DNA of 64,000 nt from a virus (taxonomy: Duplodnaviria; Caudoviricetes): IMG/VR virus record IMGVR_UViG_3300025601_000007; one strand, written 5' to 3'. The notes under the pieces are model-generated. The model saw nothing but the letters and a program-made list of their open reading frames with translations. It was not told the origin of the DNA and searched no databases. Shown piece after piece: positions 30,700 to 40,072 of the stretch (the stretch's first letter is position 1; the number at the start of each line of letters is the position of its first letter). A program made the position numbers and the translations under genes.

Positions 30700-31112
30700 C
30701 GTGGTACTCCAATTCCTGTGTGAGGTGCAATAGAGGCTCCGATGGCGGTAACTGGACCACCAGCGTTTCCTCCAGATGCTTGCACTTTAATTCCTGTATC
30801 CACAGCTAAATCTATTCGGCATTGGCTTTGTATGTGGTCAACAATCTCCTCAGAGAATGCTTTTACAAACGCTTCCATGACATTATTCGTACCATCTTCT
30901 ATAGTGCCTGTTGGGATACCGATTTCTCCGAATCTAGAAATCATAGATGAGGCCAAAAGCTCAGACGACATGCCAGCTCTGCTTTTTGCAAAAATGATTT
31001 GAGGCAAAGAGAGCCTTGGAACAGGAAGCCTGTCCTCTTCTAGCATATATAGGAAAAATGTCGCGATTTCCTCGGACAAATTTAAACTTGGGTCTTGTTG
31101 AAATAGTGACAT
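30696..31112 (-). CDS. Hypothetical structural protein (~138 aa)
   Basis: ATG 31112 lies 1 nt after the upstream stop; C-terminal GGNAGGPVTAIG. Confidence 0.55.
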   Translation of the reverse strand: MSLFQQDPSLNLSEEIATFFLYMLEEDRLPVPRLSLPQIIFAKSRAGMSSELLASSMISRFGEIGIPTGTIEDGTNNVMEAFVKAFSEEIVDHIQSQCRIDLAVDTGIKVQASGGNAGGPVTAIGASIAPHTGIGVPR

Positions 31113-31113
31113 A

Positions 31114-32412
31114 TTAAATCGGTGTTTGTCCTGCAAGTATTGGCGCAAGGGATGCGGCTGCCTTAGCATACGCTACGGCTTTCTTGGCGTCCTCAATGGT
31201 GTTTTCTGCTTCTGCCGTTAAAGCAAAGCGGGCTTTGATTTTGTCAAGTTTTCGCTTTCCTCTTTCTCTATAAATTCTTGCGAAGTAGTTTTTTGCTAAT
31301 TTCTTAAATTCTCGTATAGCGATAATTAAAATCATATTCACGAGTAGCTTGTACAGCTGGTTAGCCAAGCTTTCCCCGAATGCTTTTTTGTTTGGGTTGG
31401 GAGATGATTCATTCATAATCTCACACGTGTTGGTGACCAAGTCATCCACACTGGGGTTATAATCTTCTGGGAAGTCTAACTGAATAGAACCCAGCAGTGG
31501 CCCAATAAATGGCTGTACCAGGTTGGTGATGTTCGAAATAAACTTCTCCAAAAAAATCTGCATAAAAGTCTTTCCACCAGATTTTGCGTTCTGCTGGTTA
31601 TTTATTTGCTGTGCAGTGCTTTCTACATAAGTTGCAAGTATCTCAATGCTTTGAGCTGGGGTTGTGGGGTTGCTAGATAGCGTTTGGATTCCTCCGCCTT
31701 CAAATATCCACGAAGGGTCCTCTGGAAGAGTGATTTTTACTTTTTGACAGGATATTTCTAGGATGACTTCTCCTTTCTCCAGCTGCCTGGCCAAAGCTAT
31801 CCTATTGTACTCAACATCTTCATCGCGGATAAAGCCGTTGTTTGAAAGCGAATACGCATCGACTGCACAAACTGCGTTTTCGATGATTCGATTTCTTTCA
31901 TCCGCATTGGGGTTTAGATATTCTGCTGCTGGCCCTTCTTTGGGCCCGAAAACCGCTAGAGTGAGGTCTTTTACTATTTTCTGCTTTGCTGTCTGCAGGA
32001 AGTTTGTTAATCCAGCCTCATCCATTTTTTGATTTATAGCAGATGCGTTCCCTTTTGCAATTGCGTCCCTACTTGCGGGGTCTGACTCGGCAAGGTTAAA
32101 TGTTCCTCCAGGCATTTGAACGCCCGCGTACATAACTTGAGTAGCCAGTCCTTCTACGATTGTTTCCTCTAGGAAAGTTCCAGCTTCATCAAGTACACGA
32201 GAGAAAAATTGTTGGAATATAACCTCTGGGCTGATTCCCATCGACTCAAGTATCCTCAATAAATAATCGAAAGTGGAAACCTGGTCCAGTTTTGGAATGT
32301 TTTTAAACTCCAAAAAAGGCAACTCCAAAAGGCTCTTCATAGAACCTATTTTGGCTGTTAATTCACTTTGTGTGGATGTAAGCGGATTTGATTTTGGGAT
32401 GTTTAGTGGCAT
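31114..32412 (-). CDS. Hypothetical helical protein (432 aa), possibly virion
   Basis: Operonic ORF upstream of the hub gene. Confidence 0.6.
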   Translation of the reverse strand: MPLNIPKSNPLTSTQSELTAKIGSMKSLLELPFLEFKNIPKLDQVSTFDYLLRILESMGISPEVIFQQFFSRVLDEAGTFLEETIVEGLATQVMYAGVQMPGGTFNLAESDPASRDAIAKGNASAINQKMDEAGLTNFLQTAKQKIVKDLTLAVFGPKEGPAAEYLNPNADERNRIIENAVCAVDAYSLSNNGFIRDEDVEYNRIALARQLEKGEVILEISCQKVKITLPEDPSWIFEGGGIQTLSSNPTTPAQSIEILATYVESTAQQINNQQNAKSGGKTFMQIFLEKFISNITNLVQPFIGPLLGSIQLDFPEDYNPSVDDLVTNTCEIMNESSPNPNKKAFGESLANQLYKLLVNMILIIAIREFKKLAKNYFARIYRERGKRKLDKIKARFALTAEAENTIEDAKKAVAYAKAAASLAPILAGQTPI

Positions 32413-32834
32413 TATTCTTCATTTTCATCAGCACCACTATCATTGCCATTATTTCTTCTTTTTTCCCTACGGTCCTTAACAATATTCTGCATCCTCTCAG
32501 CCATGAATCGTTTTTCTTCGTCAGACATAACTGTGTTGTTTATAATTGTTGGTTGGTCTGTCTTATGAATAATCTTACCCATTTCTTTAACGATGTCATT
32601 CAGAGTGTTAGATGCGTTAGAGGCGGCTTGAAGATATCCTAAAGCTGACTTACTCATCGTGAACACTTCTTCTTTAGTCTGCATGTCAGCATCAACCCTA
32701 CGATATCTATCTAGGGCCATATCTCGCTCTTCAACTTTAAATTGAGCCACTTTATTAAGAAGTTCTGCATGGCCGTCTGCGGTCATTTCAATCTTCTTTT
32801 CACTTGTAGCTTTAGGGTTATCTGTTGCGTCCAT
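32412..32834 (-). CDS. Hypothetical protein (140 aa)
   Basis: TATTTA box 14 nt upstream; coupled to the downstream gene. Confidence 0.65.
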   Translation of the reverse strand: MDATDNPKATSEKKIEMTADGHAELLNKVAQFKVEERDMALDRYRRVDADMQTKEEVFTMSKSALGYLQAASNASNTLNDIVKEMGKIIHKTDQPTIINNTVMSDEEKRFMAERMQNIVKDRREKRRNNGNDSGADENEE

Positions 32835-32867
32835 AGCTTCTTTTGTTATAAATAGAGCTTGGAATTT

Positions 32868-33242
32868 TTATGGTATGTTCAAAAATAAGCCCATTCTTAA
32901 AATTGCGTCAGCTCTAACAGACTCTAATGCGCTTTTTACCTCATCCTCTGACATCATGGTTTTGTCTCGCAAGTACTCTACAACAAAAGTATCATATTTA
33001 ATCATGTCAGCCGTTTGTTGTTGGTCCATTTCTGGGAATGATTCTAAAACACTTACAATAGCGTCGCACACTAAAAAATCTTCATCATCCTCCTGAAGAA
33101 GAACTTGAGACTTCGACTCTAATCCATCCATTAGGTAATGATAGAACTTAATGCAATTGTCTTTCGTTATTCCTGTTAGCTCATTCTTAAATAGCGATTG
33201 AGCAAGTGTTATAAATGTGAGCTTTTTTAAGTCTAGTTCCAT
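32868..33242 (-). CDS. Hypothetical protein (124 aa)
   Basis: Starts immediately after the sigma-like gene stop. Confidence 0.65.
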   Translation of the reverse strand: MELDLKKLTFITLAQSLFKNELTGITKDNCIKFYHYLMDGLESKSQVLLQEDDEDFLVCDAIVSVLESFPEMDQQQTADMIKYDTFVVEYLRDKTMMSEDEVKSALESVRADAILRMGLFLNIP

Positions 33243-34109
33243 TTACTCGTTTTTCTTTCGTAGGTACTCTGTCTTTTTTGTGTCGTAGATGCCTTTGATT
33301 CTTGAAAGTGAATAAGTAACCTCTCTAGACTCTAACTTTGTCTCATCAAGTATTGCATGTCTAATAGATTGTTTAGCATACTTTCCTTCTTCGTAAGCAT
33401 CTTGATTCTCCATCACTTTCAGAATTGCGTTTATCACCTTTACGTCATTTGGAGGAATGTTCTTTTTGTTGAGCTCATTTTCCATCATGCTGTGAACATA
33501 TTCGAAAAATTCAAATGTTTCATCCTGTTCCACATCAGCGTCCATTTCAAAACTTTCTTGCCTTTCGGTCTCGTCTTTATGGTCTTCCCAAGAGAGGTTT
33601 ACAGATTTTAAATCATCTAAATCTTTTTTTCTGTTTTGAAGGTAGTGTTTAGCTACTGTTCCATAGTAAGAAAAAGACTTGGCGCCATTATCAGGGTCAA
33701 AATTTGCAAATTTAAGATAAAGGTGGGTGACACACAGTTTCTGAAGTGTCTTCACGTCTACATCGTGACTAAATAGCTTGTAAGTGAAGATGATGTTCTC
33801 TACCAGTCGGTAAAGTGGCTTTTCTATATCATCTCTAAAGATTCGCTCTTTCCTTGCTTGGGTTTCTGGGGAGTACGCACCTGTGATTCTATACTCTAAT
33901 TCAGCTACATAACCGTCATCAATTGTTTCGTCTAATTCCCCACGCTCGATAAGATATTTATCGAGTTTTCTTTCAAGGTAGACTGTGTCAAGGTTTAAAA
34001 AAACTTTAACAGCGTGTTCAGTGCCTTGTGTCCAGTACACTTTGCTCTTCTTTTTCTCAATACCATTATCCGCCGTGGTGCCTGTTTCGGATGGACTAAT
34101 TGTTTCCAT
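33243..34109 (-). CDS. Phage late sigma factor (T4 gp55-like, sigma70 region 2)
   Basis: LYRLVENIIFTYK...HLYLKFANFDPDNGAKSFSYYGTVAKHYLQN resembles region 2.2-2.4 of gp55-type sigma factors. Confidence 0.7.
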   Translation of the reverse strand: METISPSETGTTADNGIEKKKSKVYWTQGTEHAVKVFLNLDTVYLERKLDKYLIERGELDETIDDGYVAELEYRITGAYSPETQARKERIFRDDIEKPLYRLVENIIFTYKLFSHDVDVKTLQKLCVTHLYLKFANFDPDNGAKSFSYYGTVAKHYLQNRKKDLDDLKSVNLSWEDHKDETERQESFEMDADVEQDETFEFFEYVHSMMENELNKKNIPPNDVKVINAILKVMENQDAYEEGKYAKQSIRHAILDETKLESREVTYSLSRIKGIYDTKKTEYLRKKNE

Positions 34110-35053
34110 TATGCTTCGATATATTCAATTTGTTCATCATCCTCTACGAAATAAGCATCAGTTGCTGTTTTGTGCCAGAACTCAGCTTCTTTCTGAGGCA
34201 TGCCACCTTTGTCTATAGGAATCTGGACCAGATTTTGAGGAAGTTTGCAACTAGTGTGGCTGTAAGAGTCTCTTCTTAGAATTCTCTGCTCGTAACCCAG
34301 CCTTGGAACGTTCATTATCAAAATGTCGTTATAAGCCATCCTCAAGAAAAATTCGTAAGGCGATACTAATTTAATGTTTGACTTCATTGGATATAGAACA
34401 TCGTCTCTTTCTTCAATCGCATCCTCTTCTTCGGTCATAGACGAGACTTTGTATAAAGCGCCAAGAGGGGATAGGCAGTTGAATTTCAGAAGAAGATTTT
34501 GGTCATATTTACCAGCTACCTCAGCCATTCCTTCTGCCCAACAAGCTTCGTTATAGTACCCTTGGAATGCTCCATGAACTACGTTTCGAATTACTGGAGT
34601 GAAAATTCCAACTTCTGGATTCTCCGATGCATATATCTTAGCTGTGTGTATCCAGGACGTGCTGTATACGTCTTCTGGCTCCGCGATTGAGAAAAACTCA
34701 TACCCGCTTTCGACTGCGCTTTGAAATCCTAAGTTAAAAGCCTCTGCAAAATTGGTTACATCCACTAAGTGAATTGTGTATTCCAATGGAAACACAGACG
34801 ATACTGGCTCTCTTATTAATTCACCTGGTTTTTTAGGGTCTTCTTTTGTCTGTTGGATAGTCGGTTTATCAATTACGCTTTGAAGCACATCTAGCTCCTT
34901 TTGGCTTAGGCCCCCGTGCATCAAAAGCACATCAACGGGCTCACGTTGCATTGCTAACGAGTAAATAAACTCATGAAGAGACTCCACCATAGGCAGTTCT
35001 CTGAAATACGCTGCAATTAGCGTGTTATGCTTCTTTTGCTCTGTTAAATTCAT
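34109..35053 (-). CDS. GT-A fold (GT2-like) glycosyltransferase
   Basis: NFAEAFNLG...FFSIAEPEDVY (degenerate DxD region), YEFFLRMAY; coupled to the sigma gene. Confidence 0.55.
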   Translation of the reverse strand: MNLTEQKKHNTLIAAYFRELPMVESLHEFIYSLAMQREPVDVLLMHGGLSQKELDVLQSVIDKPTIQQTKEDPKKPGELIREPVSSVFPLEYTIHLVDVTNFAEAFNLGFQSAVESGYEFFSIAEPEDVYSTSWIHTAKIYASENPEVGIFTPVIRNVVHGAFQGYYNEACWAEGMAEVAGKYDQNLLLKFNCLSPLGALYKVSSMTEEEDAIEERDDVLYPMKSNIKLVSPYEFFLRMAYNDILIMNVPRLGYEQRILRRDSYSHTSCKLPQNLVQIPIDKGGMPQKEAEFWHKTATDAYFVEDDEQIEYIEA

Positions 35054-36239
35054 CGATTCTTTCGTTTTTGTATTCTTCTATAATCTCAAGGACTCTTTTT
35101 TCTTCACCTTCTACGGTGTATTTATCAAGCGTTTTTTCATACTCAGCTTGAAGGCTAGTTTCCAAATCTATTTGTCCACTAACCCATTTATCCGCAGCTA
35201 TTCCCAAAAGCTCTGCTAACCCAAATAGATTCCCATTTTGAGACCAGAATCCGTTTTTATCAGTAGCATATTCTCGTCCTCCTGGTGCATCGAATCCAAT
35301 TACGTGGGTTCCGCAAGCCATAGCTTCAAGTGGAAGCGTACCGAATCCAGCAATGTCATCTGTATATAAAACAAATGCACAATCTCTCAGTCTTTCTGCG
35401 AATTCATTTCGGCTCATTCCGCTCATTTCCATGAATCGGAACCAACGCATATGAGGATTGGCAGCATAGAACATTTTAATGATTGTGTGCATTTTCATTT
35501 CTGACTCTGGGCCGCGACCTCTTTGATACCCAATCAAAGGCATTTTGTCGCTGAGCTTTTCAGGCTTATAAAAAATGTCACGATTGATTCCTTGCTTAAG
35601 AGATTTGATTTGAATCCCTGGCATAATAGCTCCTATATATTGACTAATGCAATCGGATACAGAAACTACATCATTGATTCCGAAATTTTGCCACATCTGA
35701 CCGTTCTTCATTCCAGCTAAAACATACAACCAGCTCTGGGCTAGAATGATTCTCTTACACGGTGCGTTTATTGTTCTCTCCATTACATTTGGAAAGCCCT
35801 CTGGGATAAACATAAAGTCCTCAGTAGCTAATTGAAGTGAGAAAGTTTGTTTCACCTTTCCGTCTGTGCAAATTATTTTTCCGTCTTTAGACTCTTTCAA
35901 TGGGAAGAACTCGATGCCTGAGATGTCAAAGTCAACCCAGTTTGGGTTGAATATGTCAAATACTTCCACTTCTTCTTTTGCTTGCTGAGAAGCTTGCATT
36001 GATGCCTCTCTGTTCATGCTTGGTTCATACCAAACCTTGACATTGAACCCTTGTTTTTTGTAAGCTGCGGCGACTCTTAAAAGAACTCCGATTCCGCCAG
36101 AAGGCTGATTCATTGCTGGACAATAAAAATGGATGTTGAACTCATTTTTCTCTAATTTAGAGATGAGTCCATCGATAACCTCTCCTTTTGTAGGTTCGAT
36201 TTTTTCCACCACTTTTTCTTGTTCTACTGCTTTTTCCAT
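35025..36239 (-). CDS. GT-B fold (GT4-like) glycosyltransferase
   Basis: PSGGIGVL near the N-terminus and GFGTLPLEAMACGTHVIGF (EX7E-type motif). Confidence 0.8.
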   Translation of the reverse strand: MEKAVEQEKVVEKIEPTKGEVIDGLISKLEKNEFNIHFYCPAMNQPSGGIGVLLRVAAAYKKQGFNVKVWYEPSMNREASMQASQQAKEEVEVFDIFNPNWVDFDISGIEFFPLKESKDGKIICTDGKVKQTFSLQLATEDFMFIPEGFPNVMERTINAPCKRIILAQSWLYVLAGMKNGQMWQNFGINDVVSVSDCISQYIGAIMPGIQIKSLKQGINRDIFYKPEKLSDKMPLIGYQRGRGPESEMKMHTIIKMFYAANPHMRWFRFMEMSGMSRNEFAERLRDCAFVLYTDDIAGFGTLPLEAMACGTHVIGFDAPGGREYATDKNGFWSQNGNLFGLAELLGIAADKWVSGQIDLETSLQAEYEKTLDKYTVEGEEKRVLEIIEEYKNERIDEFNRAKEA

Positions 36240-36370
36240 CGTTGTGATTAATTCGTTTAGAAAAATGTAGTTGAATAAGACCCTAAAATTAAAGGCACAA
36301 CTTAAAAAAAATGATTTTATGCCCTATTTATTTGCATGCGCTTTAAGTACAGCATCTTAAAAAATATTTC

Positions 36371-36901
36371 GTGAAATCAAATAAACTAAACAACACAGGT
36401 CTGGCAAAGCTCGTTCAAGAGCATGTTTCAGCTAATGGTCGAATCGATGAGATGGAACAGCACTTAAAAGATGTTGACTCTTTAATTGAGCGATTTGAAA
36501 GCGGTGAAGAAATTACTGATGAAGAGCTAAACGAGCTCTTAGGAGGTTTAGGAGCTATTGGTAAGTGGGGTGCAAAAAAAGCAAAATCTGCTATGGGTAG
36601 CGCTGGTAAAGCGATTGGTCAAGCAGCTTCAGATGTTAAACAGCAGTATCAGACAGGTCAGCGTGCTTCTGCAATTAACAAGCAAAGAAAAACTGTAGAC
36701 AAGCAGCAAGGGGCAAACAACGAGAAGGTGATGGATTTAGCTGCAAGAGGAAGGTCTATTAATGATACAATAAAAAAGTATCGAATGGCGTTGAATAAGA
36801 TTGGTGCTGAATATCAACAGCTGACAGGGAAAGAGTATGTTCCAGGGCGTGCTATCGCAAATGCTCAGCGTTATATCGATGAATCCCAAAAAAAAAAGTA
36901 A
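36371..36901 (+). CDS. Putative internal head protein (176 aa); may be extended by a -1 frameshift
   Basis: GTG start; L/I-x-E motifs (LVQE, LIE, LNE); ends CAA AAA AAA AAG TAA. Confidence 0.6.
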   Translation: MKSNKLNNTGLAKLVQEHVSANGRIDEMEQHLKDVDSLIERFESGEEITDEELNELLGGLGAIGKWGAKKAKSAMGSAGKAIGQAASDVKQQYQTGQRASAINKQRKTVDKQQGANNEKVMDLAARGRSINDTIKKYRMALNKIGAEYQQLTGKEYVPGRAIANAQRYIDESQKKK

Positions 36902-37008
36902 GAAAAGTCTATAAAAACAAAGTCGAAGAATCTTATGTTTTAGGTAGCTCAAATATTAGCAATGCGTATGCTAACGAGATTATTTCTATCGCAAAAGACC
37001 TGGACGAA

Positions 37009-37623
37009 ATGGCGCGGGGAATACAAAAACTTCTAGATAAAAAGGCTACACTTTTTATTGAACACAAGCAAAAAATTTCAGAAATACGTCAACAGGTAAT
37101 GAAATTTGACTTCAACCAATTGTTTGCCGTACCAGGTAAATTTGATTCTCCAGACGAAAAGAATTCAGCGGTGCAAGCTGTTTTGGAATCAGTCACAACA
37201 AAACTCCCTAGAGTATACGAGATGTTTCCACACTTATGGGACCAACACCAAGGGTATTCTGATGCTAACCGTAAAATTGGTGGAAGAAAAACTTCAGGTA
37301 TCGTGCCTGGGGCTTGGAATGAAATTGTAAATGACTACGGCGTTATCAACAACGAGAAAGGTTGTATTGAGCTTTTAAGAAAAGTTGAAGAATACAATAG
37401 CACTTGGCAAAATGAATTCGAATTGCGTGACATCCAGGAAGAAAGTAAGTCTGGATTTATTGAACTATCTCAAGCTATAGAAGCCGCAATAGGGGCTATT
37501 GATTCAAGCATGAGTTACGAGACTCTTGCAGACGCAGTTGCGAAAATAATTAAAGATTCATACGGAGAACATCTGTACGAGCCATTCTCAAGAAGGCTAA
37601 TGAATAATCTGTACGGAGAATAA
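37009..37623 (+). CDS. Hypothetical protein (204 aa); its frame is open upstream to 36883
   Basis: ORF track plus manual translation of the upstream frame. Confidence 0.65.
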   Translation: MARGIQKLLDKKATLFIEHKQKISEIRQQVMKFDFNQLFAVPGKFDSPDEKNSAVQAVLESVTTKLPRVYEMFPHLWDQHQGYSDANRKIGGRKTSGIVPGAWNEIVNDYGVINNEKGCIELLRKVEEYNSTWQNEFELRDIQEESKSGFIELSQAIEAAIGAIDSSMSYETLADAVAKIIKDSYGEHLYEPFSRRLMNNLYGE

Positions 37624-37642
37624 TAGAAAATTACATCAATGC

Positions 37643-37679
37643 AAAAAAAAGAGAGCTCTTACGGGCTCTCTTTTTTTTT
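37643..37679. terminator. Bidirectional intrinsic terminator
   Basis: aaaaaaaagagagctc-ttac-gggctctcttttttttt between convergent genes. Confidence 0.85.
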
Positions 37680-37689
37680 GATACTGTGT

Positions 37690-37899
37690 CTATTGCTTGC
37701 CGTGTTTTGAAGTCATAGTTTTATGCAAGGACTCAATCTCTTTAGAGGCTGCTGTTTTAAACATAAACGGAAAAAAAGCGTGAACGATTGAAACCCCCCA
37801 AATCCACCCGCCAGCTGAGGCGGTCCCAAGTGCAAATAACAAATGTTTTAAGTAAGACATTTTGTTCTCGCTAGGGTGATGTGTGAAGGGATTTCTCAT
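37690..37899 (-). CDS. Small membrane-type protein (DUF6356-like)
   Basis: HP...MSYLKHLLFAL...IVHAFFPFMFKTAAS pattern. Confidence 0.55.
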   Translation of the reverse strand: MRNPFTHHPSENKMSYLKHLLFALGTASAGGWIWGVSIVHAFFPFMFKTAASKEIESLHKTMTSKHGKQ

Positions 37900-38732
37900 T
37901 ACTTTTTCCTCTTGTCGTTTTTCTCTTTCTCGTCATCAATCAACTGGTCCAGTGCGGTCATGTTAAGTGATTCTGACATTTGACCATCCACAGTAACGGT
38001 TGATGCAAATAAATCAGACTTCAAGCTGACACCTTTTTTCTTCGCGTACCCACGAGAGTAAAGCGCATTTGAAATCCCTCTTGAGGACTCTGTGTATGCT
38101 TGAGCGCTTGATGTGTCAACGAATGATGTATTCTGAATCCCAAGAGTGTCGGCGGCGTTTAAAGCTGAATCTTTGCTGGCTCCAATGAAAGAAATGGTCC
38201 AGTTGTCTTTTTTGTCAACTTCCTTGATAAGGTCTGCAACATCGCTTCCTTTCCATTCAGCAGAGGCGTTTTCATGTCCATCTGTTAAAATCATAATCAA
38301 AGCTTCGTTTTCCTCTTTCTTTAGCTCTTTCATCTGTCTTTCTTTTAAACTTGTGACAGTGATTCCAATTGCATCATGCAAAGCTGTTGAGCCTCTTGGG
38401 ACATATGTTTCTTCGTCTAAAAGCTCAATCTCATCGAGAGGCTTGTCTTTGTAAATGGTTATGATTTCATGGTCGAACAAGCAGAGAGTAATGAAGTACT
38501 TCTCCTCAGGAGAGTCTTCCTGCAAAGCTCTTAATGTCCCAATTTGCTCATTGAAATTGTCAATGGTTTCTTTTTTGATTGGATTCATCGAATAAGAACG
38601 GTCGACTACAAATGCGTAGTAAGTATTCCCTGGTGTTTTTTCAACAATAGTTTCCTCAACTATCGTCGTCGTCGTCGTTGTGACTTTCTTTGTGGCCTTA
38701 GCCTCTTTCGAGTCCTTTTTCTTTTTTGTCAT
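37899..38732 (-). CDS. von Willebrand factor A domain protein
   Basis: AFVVDRSYSM (MIDAS DxSxS), GSTALHDAIG, ILTDGHENAS. Start taken at ATG 38732. Confidence 0.85.
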   Translation of the reverse strand: MTKKKKDSKEAKATKKVTTTTTTIVEETIVEKTPGNTYYAFVVDRSYSMNPIKKETIDNFNEQIGTLRALQEDSPEEKYFITLCLFDHEIITIYKDKPLDEIELLDEETYVPRGSTALHDAIGITVTSLKERQMKELKKEENEALIMILTDGHENASAEWKGSDVADLIKEVDKKDNWTISFIGASKDSALNAADTLGIQNTSFVDTSSAQAYTESSRGISNALYSRGYAKKKGVSLKSDLFASTVTVDGQMSESLNMTALDQLIDDEKEKNDKRKK

Positions 38733-38763
38733 GTTGATGTTTTGCTGTGTTATTGTTCCAGTG

Positions 38764-38795
38764 CAAATATAAGTAGATAAAAAAATAATTCCCAA
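38764..38795 (-). promoter_or_regulatory. Bacteroidota-type housekeeping promoter upstream of the vWA gene
   Basis: Minus strand TTG-N21-TATATTTG matches the -33 TTG / -7 TAnnTTTG consensus. Confidence 0.55.
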
Positions 38796-38822
38796 GCTGG
38801 GAAGTATAATAATTTATTCACA

Positions 38823-39614
38823 TTATATTTTTTCTTTCAACACAATGTTTTTTAGAGCACCATTTTTGTTTAGAGCTGCAAGGGATTCGAATGAAATCGG
38901 TGTCTTGTCCCACTTGTTCCAAGGTCTTTCAATTTTTATCAATTCTTTACCCATTGGCTTTGAGTGGATGGCTTCTGGGGTGTCATCTATCAAGATGTCA
39001 CACAGGTCCCACTTCTCTTCATTGCTGTCGACAAAATGGATGCTTTGCACTCGGCAGTGGTGAGTGCTTAGGAAGGCGAATGTTGCTGGGATTGCTCCTT
39101 GTTTACATGTTGAAACCAAAATGGTTTTGTAGAGCCCTTTGTCCCGACCGAAAGCTTGGATTTTATTGACAGTCTCCATTGCATCTTTGTACTGGTCTGC
39201 CCTGCCGAATATCTGAAATGGGTAGTCTTCGTAGATAAATTTGTCTAGCACCTCCATAGAGGTTAAGCGAATTGGTTCATCGTCACCTTTGTTGTCATCA
39301 AACGAGATAACTTTTAACTTCTTTGGTTCGAATCGATAGTGATTTGTTAAATCGTCCGTGTCCACTGGGAGAGAAAGGAGTTCGTTTTCTTTTTCTTCAA
39401 TCATTGCAGCTAGTGCGTCCATTTCTTCTTCTGAGAATTCCTCTTTCAGCTGAAAAGTGCTTTCATCTATATTTCCTGATGCAACATCTGTGTGGGTTGG
39501 AATATTTCCATCTACTTCGCTTGCGTTGTGAATGAATTTCTTGCGGTATATGAAATCGAACTTAGAAATGAAGTCTCGAATTGTCCCGTCTATGTTTATT
39601 GCTACTGTTTTCAT
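38823..39614 (-). CDS. 5'(3')-deoxyribonucleotidase-like HAD protein with an Asp-to-Asn change in motif I
   Basis: VAINIDGTIRDF (NxD instead of DxD), ILIDDTP motif IV and the C-terminal RPWNK. Confidence 0.65.
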   Translation of the reverse strand: MKTVAINIDGTIRDFISKFDFIYRKKFIHNASEVDGNIPTHTDVASGNIDESTFQLKEEFSEEEMDALAAMIEEKENELLSLPVDTDDLTNHYRFEPKKLKVISFDDNKGDDEPIRLTSMEVLDKFIYEDYPFQIFGRADQYKDAMETVNKIQAFGRDKGLYKTILVSTCKQGAIPATFAFLSTHHCRVQSIHFVDSNEEKWDLCDILIDDTPEAIHSKPMGKELIKIERPWNKWDKTPISFESLAALNKNGALKNIVLKEKI

Positions 39615-39649
39615 TTGTTTAAAATTAATAGTCCTATTGTCCGATGACA

Positions 39650-40072
39650 CTATATCTCATTCTTAGATTTCATCTTTTCGAACTCTTTTAAAGAAGCGAT
39701 GTAGTCACTTTTTTCGTAATTAGTATCACAAAGAACAAGTAAGACGCTTTTGTCTTCTTTATATTTTTCTTCTGCCCACAGCCCTTTAGGGATTAGTAAT
39801 GCTGAATTTGGTTTATTCAATAAACACTTTTTCCATGTGGTTCCGTCAAAACAATTTACTTCTACACGTCCTGAAATACAAATTAATAATTGATTTGTAT
39901 TATAATGAGCATGCTTTCCTCTTGTTGTGTTGATTGGTACATTGTAAACGTAAAATGTTCTTTTAATTAAAAAAACACTATCAAGTCCTGACTCTATAGG
40001 AACTAAATTGCCAAGCTCGTCTTTAAAGGTTTTTAGCTGTATCTCTAAAACATCTTCAATTGTTGATTTCAT
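39650..40072 (-). CDS. FdtA/QdtA-family sugar 3,4-ketoisomerase (cupin)
   Basis: DELGNLVPIE...IKRTFYVYNVP...RGKHAH...LLVLCDTNYEKSDY. Confidence 0.9.
   Translation of the reverse strand: MKSTIEDVLEIQLKTFKDELGNLVPIESGLDSVFLIKRTFYVYNVPINTTRGKHAHYNTNQLLICISGRVEVNCFDGTTWKKCLLNKPNSALLIPKGLWAEEKYKEDKSVLLVLCDTNYEKSDYIASLKEFEKMKSKNEI

Noticed and set aside
38662-38686. (gtc)n microsatellite
   Set aside because: It encodes a poly-Thr linker in the vWA N-terminus, in frame.
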